Source: Tubiluchus corallicola (Eukaryota > Animalia > Priapulida). Taken from it: a stretch of DNA of 34,891 nt. Positions 24,630-34,891 of the stretch are shown one piece after another (the first letter of the stretch is position 1; every line of letters begins with the position of its first letter). Under the pieces are notes generated by a model that saw nothing but the letters and a program-made list of their open reading frames with translations, made no database searches and had not been told where the DNA came from. The stretch is taken from contig JAQGDQ010001554.1 of assembly GCA_030141605.1 (NCBI GenBank), forward strand, positions 1-34,891. Direction: 5' to 3'. The translations under genes were made by a program, and so were the position numbers.

Positions 24630-25185
24630 AGGAAAACATAACGTTTTTCATATCCTGTCCCAATTTGAAGTACGGTAAAAAGTAAGTATTTTAACACATA
24701 TAAAAATGCCAAAGAGTTTCTGATAACTAAATAGCATGTTATAAACTTAACTGGCGGGCCCGCCCAGTTACTGACGTCATAACTGAGCACAGTTTTCAAC
24801 AGCACAAACATTGCACGAGCGTGTTGCACGTGTTTGTGAAAGCAAAAATTGAAATACACAAAAACTCGACAAATTTAAAGTTTAAAAATTTGAATTTCAA
24901 GTTTATAGCTGTGCACGCATAAGTTCTTAAACGTGTGCGCTACGTCACAACTGAATTGTACAAGTACAATGAGCAAGTACAGCGCGTATTTTTTGTGCAA
25001 TGCGTTTTCCAGATGCAGACGCTAGTACCCATCTAACTGGAATGGTAGAACATGTGCAACAACGGAAAAGCTGAAAAAATTAAAAATTTTAAGTCGTATT
25101 TGAAAAAACGATTATGTTCTTTTTCAATATTTTGTATATTTTGGATTATTTTGAGCTATAGTTTAAAGCCGGGTGCTATTCCCTT
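24630..25185 (-). mobile_element. MITE family B, diverged full-length copy
   Basis: ttaa|aggaaaacata ... attccctt|ttaa; internal gcacgagcgtgttgcacgtgtttg..aaagcaaaaattga. Confidence 0.78.
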
Positions 25186-25189
25186 TTAA

Positions 25190-25730
25190 AGGAAAACCAG
25201 ATGATTGTTTAGACTGTCCGATTTTAATTTACTGTCCGAAATTTACATTTTCTTGCCTATAAAAGTTAGTAATTGTTCCTTATATTTGAATAATTAGCTT
25301 AGAAAGTTAATTAACGGCAGCCGAACACAGCTATTGCTTACGTCAGGAACTAACCAAAGTTTGTGCAATAATAGGCATCTTCCTTGCGCGTCAAGCACGT
25401 TTCCGTAAGTGTTACTGCTTAAACGCATGATGTCACAAAAATGGACTCTACATCATATGACGTCAGAAACTAACACTAACACTTCATGATCGTGCTTATG
25501 ACGGGATCGCCTGCTATTTATCGGCCACCTGAACGTGACAAAAAGGTGCCGTTGCCAATCTTAGTAGAGTCACTGAGCCGCGCGTAGCTTTGAAAGTTTA
25601 ACAAAATTTGAGTATCCGAGGTAAGTATTATTTAATCTAAGCTTTGATTTAAAATAAGCTATTGTAGTTTTCACTATTTTAGAGCATTCTTTATTCTGAA
25701 CTAATGTTTACACAATCATCCGGTTTTTCT
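25190..25730 (+). mobile_element. Kolobok/T2-type MITE family D (541 bp)
   Basis: ttaa|aggaaaaccagatgattgt ... acaatcatccggtttttct|ttag (~20-bp TIR); colinear with 29720-30262. Confidence 0.85.
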
Positions 25731-26096
25731 TTAGGCTAGCCTTGATTTAGCAGATCGTGGAATCTCTGGAGCTATACATCAGTCACAGTTCCACGTCTTC
25801 GTAGATTTTGTTACAATATCACTAGTTTCCATCGTTGCACAATCTAGTTATGCATACTTAGACGGGTAACAACGTCTGCTTCTTTAGAAACGCATTGGAC
25901 AGAAAATAGGCGCTGTACCGCATCAACAGTGTACGAGTCATGGAATTCTCTCGTGGACTCGTAAAATCTCGTGTTGACAAAATTATAAAGTGTGAAAAAT
26001 GCTTATAGGAAATTCTCCCCAGGTGTGACGTCATTATGAAGTGACGTCAAAGTGATATTTTTTATTTATTGAAACATTTTGGTAATTATAGATGAA

Positions 26097-26461
26097 CTAA
26101 TCCGAAATGCGAAACATTGAGATGCCTGTTTACTGAGTTTTTTCTGGATATATCAGTTAAAACGCCACTTATTATTGCCATGGAATCCGTTTTGCGTTAA
26201 TATGTCACTCGCGACGCCATTTATAGTCGCTATGAAATCCGTTTTTGTAAAATTTCAGAAAAATACTGAGCAACTCTATTGTGACGTCACACTAAAAACT
26301 GGCTAAAAACTTGCATGACATTAAGACTAAGAATGAGTCTAGCATCACGGCGAAATAGACTACTTTACAGAGTTACTTTGCAAGCGAGTAATGCGAAAAT
26401 AGGCATCTCTTTATCCATACGTCAGACTGAGGTATGACCTGAAAAATCGTTCTGTTTTCCT
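26097..26461 (+). mobile_element. Kolobok/T2-like MITE family E, right part
   Basis: Ends gaaaaatcgttctgttttcct|ttaa; homologous to 215-490. Left boundary uncertain. Confidence 0.6.
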
Positions 26462-26886
26462 TTAAGATGACATGTCCTTTAAGATGTTTAGCTGCTAAAT
26501 TATGAAGCCATGCTCCCTAATGAACCCTGAATTTTTTCAAAATACAAAGTCACATCCGGTTCTTGTTGTTGTTTAGAATTCAGCTATGTTTTCCGTTCTC
26601 ATCTGACCGGTGGCAATTTGTCCTAAACGAATCCCACATTCTCATTGTGTGGACGATGCAGCGTGTTATTATTTTGCAAGCATGCATACATTCACAACTG
26701 CATAGCAATCTAGGTCATGTCGTGGTTTGCAAATGCAGCATGGCCCACATCGTAAAGTCATGTAAGGTTGTCGACACAAGCCGAGGATATTGTAAAACTT
26801 TGTTGTCGATTGACGTTCTTATTACGTCTGCGACACGTGGTAATCTTCCATTTATTCCCATGTATTGGTAACTGCAAACTGCAGGG

Positions 26887-26995
26887 TGAGAGAGAGGGGA
26901 GAGAGAAAGAGTGAGAGAGAGAGCGAGAGAGAGAGAGAGAGAAACAGAGAGAGATAGAGAGAGGGGGGAGAGGGAGAGGGAGAGAGAGGGGGAGC

Positions 26996-27044
<49 letters not shown>

Positions 27045-27335
27045 GGTCCTACTTCTACTACTGTTGCTAGTGCTATTACTGCTACTGCTGCTACTAGTAC
27101 TGTTACTACTGCTACTGCTACTGCTACTGCTACTACTACTACTACTACTACTACTGCTACTGCTACCACTACTATCATTACTACCACTAATACTACTATT
27201 ACTGTACCATCACTGCCACCGGCACCGTCGCAGCATCACCACTGCCAAAGTCACTGCCACCGCTGCTACAACGACAACCACTACTGCCACTGCCACCACC
27301 ACCACCACCGCCACCACCACCAACGCCACCTGCTA
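26887..27335. repeat. (GA)n microsatellite followed by compound (CTA/CTG/CCA)n trinucleotide repeat
   Basis: Directly visible. Confidence 0.93.
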
Positions 27336-27694
27336 ACACATCAATTACTAAGCCTACTACTGAACGAAATCCCTGACGCTCATAAACATAGTGTCGCAGG
27401 GTCAGTAGACTGTTCCATCTTTGTAAGTAACACTAATGCTGCCACTTCATCTGAAGATCCTAATACCAGCAATGAATTCATTATATAGGCAATATCCTTT
27501 ATACTGCCACCATGTTATCCTCTCCCTAGATGATACGTTATTGTCTGTAAGCCACTGACTAGTGTTTCCTGCGAGCGATCAAGACGTGTATTTCAGTCAT
27601 TAAGCCTCTCAATGCTGATAATGGCGCAGCTTAATCCGCAAAAATAAACACGTCTCTAGGTTTTTCACATGGAAGATTTATGACTGCCTACTGT

Positions 27695-28497
<803 letters not shown>

Positions 28498-28597
28498 AAC
28501 AGTTGCGTCGAATTACTCACAGCAGGCGGCCAATTAATTAGTGCAGAATGGCTGACTCTCTTTCATGTCAATAGGTTAATGGGTTCAGAAAATAAGA

Positions 28598-28947
28598 CCG
28601 TTTTATCAGTAAGTCATTTAAAACAAGCTTAGATAACGTTGCGTAAAGTTTGAAAAAATAATCAGAGCATTCGTAGCGCACTCTTTGCTAATTAAGCGCT
28701 TAAATTGCTGTCAATACAGTGTCAGTGAGATAAAAAACGTGTTTTTTCGTGAATCAGTGGTGCACACTGGGATAGCAATGCAGTACTTTTTACCAGGCGA
28801 CATGAAGATTTTAAATTACATTTATTAAGAATTTTCTCTTCCAATTACCCAAGTTTTTCAAAACAGGCAAGGGTAATGCAAAGTAATATAACTTTGTATG
28901 CAATGTTCTTTGTCGTACTTGTACTATAAAATCCTCTTTCTTTCCCT
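28598..28947 (+). mobile_element. MITE related to family C (C'), right part
   Basis: taaagtttgaaaaaataatcagagcattcgtag is shared with family C; ends ctttctttccct|ttaa. Confidence 0.7.
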
Positions 28948-29719
28948 TTAAGCAGTAACCGTCCTCAGTGTGAACAGACTAATAGAATGCAAATCACACG
29001 AGCGTCAATTCATTGATAAAGTGATCGATTTTTTCATTTCAAAATCTGCAAAGCAATTCCGATTTCAGAGTCTATGTGAACGTTTTCAGTGTGAATAGGT
29101 TAACAACGAGTAACCATTTCGCATAAAACGAGAACTGTTAAAAAGAGCAACCATTTATCAGCAATGATAAGGTAATACAACGAGTAATCACGTTCAGTGT
29201 GAAATGGCTGCTAGAATGAGTGGCCGCTTAGCTAACCCGAAAAATAATCGTTTAAACAAAACTCATGAAAAAAATCTATAAAAAACGAAAATGTGATTTC
29301 GTTCATAGTGATCTCTCCACAAATCACATCAAATCACCAAAAGAATGTTGAGCCCTTCCGTCTGGAGGAGGCATCTAACGTAAAGCGATAATCATTGCTT
29401 CAATAAACTGTTTGCCTTTCTGACTGGTTTAAACGGGGAAAAGGGGTGACACCAACTGTTTTAGTATGACAACCAAATTTAGAAAAAAAAAAGATTTTTG
29501 TATTTTCAGCAAAATCAACGCTAAGAGAGCCCTCCATGAGGGCTAACCTAGTTGTTCGTTTAGAGACACAGATAAGAAGCCCTTAATCAGATAAGAGCTG
29601 GATTCATAAGCAGCTGTTCTTCATCAAGGAATGCCCAGTGTAAGCTCGCCAGGAGCAGTAGCGCTATGTACAATGAATTATCCTACGTTTAGGAACAACC
29701 TCAAAGCATCTTTCATTAA

Positions 29720-30262
29720 AGGAAAACCGTTTAGACTCAATCTCATTTTAATTTACTGTCCAAAATATACATTTTCTTGCCTATAAAGGTTAACAATTGT
29801 TTCTTATATTTGAATAATTAGCTTAGAAAGTTATTTAACGGCAACGGAACACAGCTATTACTTACGTCAGAAATTAACCACAGTTTGTGCAATTGTAGGC
29901 GTCTGCCCTTGCGCATCAAGCACATTTGCATAGGTGTTACAGTACTGCCGAAACGCGTGATGTCACAAAAAATGGGCTCTACGTCATATGACGTCAGAAA
30001 CTAACACAGCAGTTCATGATGATGGTTATCACGCTACCACTTTCTATTTGTCGGCCACGCGAATCTGACAAAAAGGCGCCGCTGCCAATTTTAGTAGATT
30101 CACTAAGCTGCGCGTAACTTTGAAAGTCTAACAAAATTTGAGTATCCGAGGTAATTATTATTTAATCTAAGCTTTGATTTAAAATAACCTAACTGTAGTT
30201 TTCAATACTTTAGAACATTCTTTATTCTGAACTAATGTTAAACACAATTATCCGGTTTTCCT
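29720..30262 (+). mobile_element. Kolobok/T2-type MITE family D (543 bp)
   Basis: ttaa|aggaaaaccg ... cggttttcct|ttaa. Confidence 0.87.
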
Positions 30263-30342
30263 TTAATGTAGTGAGAAAAGATTCTTATTGTCACAATGGT
30301 ACGATCTTAGAATTAATAAAAAATTTTGATAACAAATTTTAA

Positions 30343-30802
30343 AGGTTAAGAAAAGTGAATTTCAAAGTTTGTCCCAAAAAACTTTCCATGCAAAGTTATA
30401 TTACTTATTATTAGGCTTTGGTCTACCTGTTTGAAAGGCAATTTGAAAGAACGGTTGGTAAAAACTATCCCAGTGTGCACCAAAAACGTCACAGGCTCAT
30501 AAAAGCATATTACTAATTTTATTGACAAAATAAAGTAATTCAAACTTTTGCTTAGTTAGTGACGTGTGCACCACGAATGCTCTGATTATTTTTTCACACT
30601 TAATACAATGTGTCTAAATTGTTTCAAACGACTTACTGTCAAAATGGCTGCGCCTAGCGATTATCACGAGAGTTTAAATTTACAAGTTTTATACAGCGTT
30701 ACTGTTAACACGTGTTCTGTATGCAATAAGACAGCATGTAAGTGGTATAAAATTTAAAAGCGAATTTTTGAACTTTATTTATGAAAAGTGTTCTCTTTTC
30801 CT
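30343..30802 (-). mobile_element. MITE related to family C (C')
   Basis: ttaa|agg ... ttctcttttcct|ttaa; the reverse complement aligns with 19267-19740. Confidence 0.75.
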
Positions 30803-30949
30803 TTAATGCAATAACAGACCTTCAATGAGCAAGCGGAAGTAATGTAAAATACTTACTCGCTAGGAAAATTCTTTTCAGTCTGTTTTTCAGCCCTCATCAC
30901 AGCATATTCTTACAAACCTGCCCTAAATACTACGGCGTCTCTGTCAGCT

Positions 30950-31360
30950 CTAACGAGTGAATTTATATCAGCTCAGTGTTAAAAACTTCTAAAATTAACA
31001 GTCTAAGCCTGTCATGACTGACGCGAGATCAAAGAATTTTCAAATAGGATACGGCTTGTTTCTCCTAAGAAAGTTGACCTAGTGAATGGAAACGTCTCCA
31101 CTGCAGGAAGAGAAAGAGAAACTCCGTCTTAAGAACAGCTGCCCGTCTTGTTGACAAGAGTTTTCAGCCAGCTGAGTCGTCTAGGAAGTTTATAAAGAAG
31201 TTTTTTTTTCACAAACGCAGTAATAAGTCGGGTTGAAAGATCGTTAGTTTTCCGTTTGACTTCTCGGCTGTTTTAAATGTGGTAGATGAAAAGTTTATCA
31301 GTCTCAGCAACACGTGCCATAAGCAGGCTGCTAAGCTTCCACGGCTGCTAAATATTGGAT
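30950..31360 (-). pseudogene. Possible highly decayed LINE reverse transcriptase fragment
   Basis: The minus strand gives ordered fragments LLYKL, SWLK, RRAAVL.DGVS and ILF..DL, resembling the RT segment around the PQG motif. The diagnostic motif itself is not intact. Confidence 0.35.
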
Positions 31361-31420
31361 GCTATTAGGGAAGTACTTTTTACATTAACTAAAATAAACT
31401 GTCTTATCATTAGATCTATG

Positions 31421-32015
31421 AAAAACGTAGAATGTAGCTTCACTCAGTTTAATTTAACTTGACCTAGTTTGGTATGACTTAATTCAATTTAAATTTTGCT
31501 CTAATATAATATAGCTAAGCATACTTTTCTTTAATTTGATTTAATTTGATTTGATTTATTTAAATTAAATTAAATTTGATTTGCGTCGATTTAAATTAAT
31601 TTAATTTTATTTAAATTAATATTATTTAGTTTAATTTACTCGTTTGATATGATTTTCTTTTATTTGATTTGATTTAATTTAATTTGATTGGATTCAATTT
31701 GATTCGATCCAATTCAATTCAATTCAATTCAATTCAATTCAATTCAATTCAATCGAATCAAATTAAATTAAATCAAGTCAAATAAAATAAAATCATACCA
31801 AATCAAAATGAATTAAACTAAATAAAATTAAATTAAATTAAATTAAATCAACTCAAATCAAACTTAATTTAATTAAAATAAATCATATCAAATAAAATCA
31901 AATTAAATGATTGTATGCTAAGCCATATTATATTAAAGTAAAATTTAAATTGAATTAAGTTATACCAAACTAGGTCAAGTTAAATTAAATTAAGAAAGCT
32001 ACATTCTACGTTTTT
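31421..32015. mobile_element. Foldback element: ~290-bp inverted arms around an (AATTC)n core
   Basis: aaaaacgtagaatgtagctt..tttaacttgacctagtttggtat is mirrored by ataccaaactaggtcaagttaaa..aagctacattctacgttttt. The inner arms are degenerate ATTTG/ATTTA pentamers. Confidence 0.85.
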
Positions 32016-33473
32016 GTTCACTTTAGTTCAACCTCCTTCAAAAGTCTCCCAAAACGTATTGAAAAAATTATTTTCTAATCGAGGTTGCTATTGTTGAAGG
32101 AATTTTCCTTTTAATTTATTATTAACATCAAATTCATTATAGATTAATTAAGTGATAAAGTATAAATTATAAATTTGGTAGTAACTTTCTTGAAACTATT
32201 GGGCACAGTACAAATTTATTTATTGTCTCATACAATTTATTAGAAGGATTGCTTAAATACGGTGAGTTTGCAATAGAAAACAAACAGAAAGAGGCGGGGT
32301 GGTGATTACTACTATTACGATTACTTCTACTACATAATTATTATTTAGGTAAACTTTTTAAAATCTAGGCCTGTAATCAGTTAATTACACTTTAAACTTT
32401 AAAACATAGGCCTACATATAACAACTATGGTAAATAAACAGTAGAGTTCTGACACAGGTGGAACAAATTATAGCGGAGATATAGGCCAAGGGGTTTAAAA
32501 ATGAGAGTCCAGAATCTTAAACCTATAATCTGGCTTCCTTCGTAAAACTGTATCAGTAAGTCTGCTTTAAAGTTCCTACAAGTTTGTGACGTCTAAGGAC
32601 ACGCAGTCTATAAACACACGAAATGCATCTTATTCTTATTATTCTTTCTTTGTGGTTATTTTCCCATATCTCACACGCTGTTGGTAATCATGCTGGCAAC
32701 CTTTTGCAGATTTCAATCTCAAAATCATAAAGACAAATCGGGAATCGAACCCGGAGCCGCCAAAAGAGGCTTTTATTTGTTCATAAATTTAGCATGCGAT
32801 CAAGCACTTGCTAAGTGTTTACTTGGGAGGAAAAATGAGCTGCCGAGACCGCCGAATTTCTCTAACAAGATTAAAAGTTTAATTAAACGAATCGCTAAAA
32901 TTGTTTCCAGACGGGTTTCTCGTGAAAAGTTAAGTTTTTTGTATAGGCATCACGTGGAGTGAGTGAACATTGGTGCTGGTTTCACCTTTACAGATATTTG
33001 ACATGAAAAAACTAATTATTATTTTTACACGAATCGCCCCAAACAAGCCCAATGGCAATTTCAAAACAAATAGAATCCGTCTAAGTAATTTGCTGGTGAT
33101 AAAAGGTATGGCTAAAGTTTACAGTTCTTCTTCACACAAGGGATTAGTTCGTGAGATTAGGATTAGGGTTAGGGTCAGGATTTGGTTTGGCTTAGCTAAG
33201 GTTACGGCCAGGAGGTTAAGGTTACGGCTACGATTTGAACTGTTTTGGGAATTGTAAATTCCTTCCGCAGGCACATCTAGTGAGTGAGCTTGGAGTCTCA
33301 GGAAGGCAATTTTCTGATAGAGAATTCCACGGATAAGAAGCTCGAGGGAAAAACGGAATTCATGAGCAGCTATTCTGCATGTAGGATTGTTCAGGGTAAG
33401 CCTATGAGAAGCGGTGTGTAATAAAAGTACACAGTTTATTGCGTTTATATGCAAATTAATTCCATATAAAAAA

Positions 33474-33583
33474 TTCTATTCTATTCTATTCTATTCTATT
33501 CTATTCTATTCTATTCTATTCTATTCTATTCTATTCTATTCTATTTTATTCTATTCTATTCTATTCTATTCTGTTCTATTCTA
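33474..33583. repeat. (TTCTA)n microsatellite
   Basis: Directly visible; ~30 nt into the K2P intron. Confidence 0.97.
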
Positions 33584-33610
33584 AAGACAAAAAAACACAA
33601 AAATAATTAC

Positions 33611-34199
33611 CTATTGTTGTAACCACAGTGACAGCGAAGAACATGGAGTCCAGTAGATTCCATTGATTGTTGGAATTCACCTTTACGTCTCCTGCTAATA
33701 TGGCTTTCTTCAACTTATCCTGGTATTTGGACAAATCCAGAGCCAGTTCCTTTTCCCACACGGGAAAACTCATAATCGTATCCTTTTTCTCCCACAAGGA
33801 GCGAATGATGTCTGTGGTGAGGTTCTGTATTTCTCGATGAACCTCTTTTCCGTGTCCTTTCTCCAAGGTCATAAACAGGTAGGCCCCTGCGAACACGTAC
33901 GCCATTAGGAGGGTGATAAGGCCCACGTGGGTGAACCATTTTCTCGAATAATAACGCGCTTTTTTCTTAATGGTAGCTCCAGATGGGAATTGAACGTTCC
34001 ACCTTTGACATGGCAGTTCAGGGATCTTGTTTTTAACTTCCTGGCGAAACGCCTTCCAAGAAGGCGGAATGATTTCGCGTTCCAGAAACGGAATGGAAGC
34101 GCCGCGCGGCCGTTCTGGTTTTGCATCCGCCACATTGTCCGGCGGTGGCGGTGGCGGTGACGGTGACGGGATTCGACATCTCTGCAGAGTTGCACCCAT
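33611..34199 (-). CDS. N-terminal coding exon of a two-pore-domain potassium channel (K2P / TWIK / KCNK family)
   Basis: M1 helix HVGLITLLMAYVFAGAYLFMTLE, cap helices, pore helix QWNLLDSMFFAVTVVTTIG. The donor ATAG|GTAATT at 33611/33610 splits the Gly of TIGYG. The 5' boundary is uncertain: ATG at 34199 or an acceptor ctgcag near 34182. Confidence 0.9.
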
Positions 34200-34233
34200 T
34201 TGTGCAGCGCAGCTTTGTTTGTGTGAACGAAAT

Positions 34234-34876
34234 CTTTTACTTCGTCATAATACTTCACAATATATGCGCTTTAATTTCGTCACAGTACTTCACAATGTAA
34301 GCACTTTTATTTCCTCATAATACTTCACAACGTGGGGACTTTTATATCGTTATAATATTTCACAATTTATTTCTTTATTTCGTCATAACATTTCAAAGTG
34401 TAATCGCTTTAATTTCGTCATAATATTTCATAACGTAAGCGCTTTTATTTCGTCATAATACTTCACAATGTAAGCGCTTTTATTTCGTTACAATACTTCA
34501 CAATGTAATCGCTTTTAGTTCGTCATAATATTTCATATCGTAAGCGCTTTTATTTCATCACAATACTTCACAATGTAAGCGCTTTTATTTCGTCACAATA
34601 CTTCGCAATGTAAGCGCTTTTATTTCGTCACAATACTTCACAATGTAAGCCCTTTTATTTCGTCATAATACTTCACAATGTAAGCCCTTTTATTTCGTCA
34701 TAATACTTCACAATGTAAGCGCTTTTATTTTGTCACGATACTTCACAATGTAAGCGCTTTTATTTCGTCACAATACTTCACAATGTAAGCGTTTTTATTT
34801 CGTCACAATACTTCACAATGTAAGCGCTTTTATTTCGTCACAATACTTCACAATGTAAGCGCTTTTATTTCGTCAT
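34234..34876. repeat. 35-bp minisatellite, ~18 copies
   Basis: Unit cttttatttcgtca(c/t)aatacttcacaatgtaagcg; cgtcac at 34801 and 34836. Confidence 0.96.
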
Positions 34877-34891
34877 ATATATATACTACTG

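Noticed and set aside
27430-27550. Possible LINE endonuclease remnant (HGG-like motif on the minus strand)
   Set aside because: Too short and degenerate to support without a search.
28960-29210. Three tcagtgtgaa motifs suggesting a Harbinger-like MITE
   Set aside because: No matching opposite TIR or TSD found.
31040-31125. Candidate K2P exon 2: ag|gatacggc (GYG) at ~31046 and a strong minus-strand acceptor at ~31101
   Set aside because: The GYG match is on the wrong strand, and the minus-strand acceptor is followed by sequence that would not complete the GYG filter.
33153-33230. Telomere-like ttaggattagggttaggg run
   Set aside because: Only a few degenerate units; more likely part of a small repeat than an interstitial telomere.
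33715-34320. Alternative-frame and antisense ORFs over the K2P exon
   Set aside because: Shadows of a GC-richer exon with no recognisable motifs.

Overview
Eukaryotic, AT-rich, repeat-dense genomic DNA, most consistent with an invertebrate animal. Only two host coding segments are supported, both on the minus strand. One is a single-exon S1A (trypsin/chymotrypsin-fold) serine protease with a C-terminal hydrophobic anchor (1399-2427). The other is an N-terminal coding exon of a two-pore-domain (K2P/TWIK-type) K+ channel (33611-34199), which ends at a GT donor inside the TIG|YG pore motif. I found no downstream K2P exon by eye, so most of the window, including the protease, may be one large intron. 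The rest is mobile and repetitive DNA: at least five families of TTAA-flanked Kolobok/T2-type MITEs, a hAT MITE with an 8-bp TSD, a foldback element, decayed LINE fragments (one interrupted by a short RTE-derived insert), minisatellites (29, 35, 43, 58, 61, 72, 275 bp) and compound microsatellites. Nearly all other ORFs in the track are repeat artefacts. I see no convincing novel multi-gene system. The best leads are the atypical nested protease, its tandem poly(A)-signal array, the bipartite RTE insert and the CRE-motif-laden MITEs. All coordinates and counts were made by eye.
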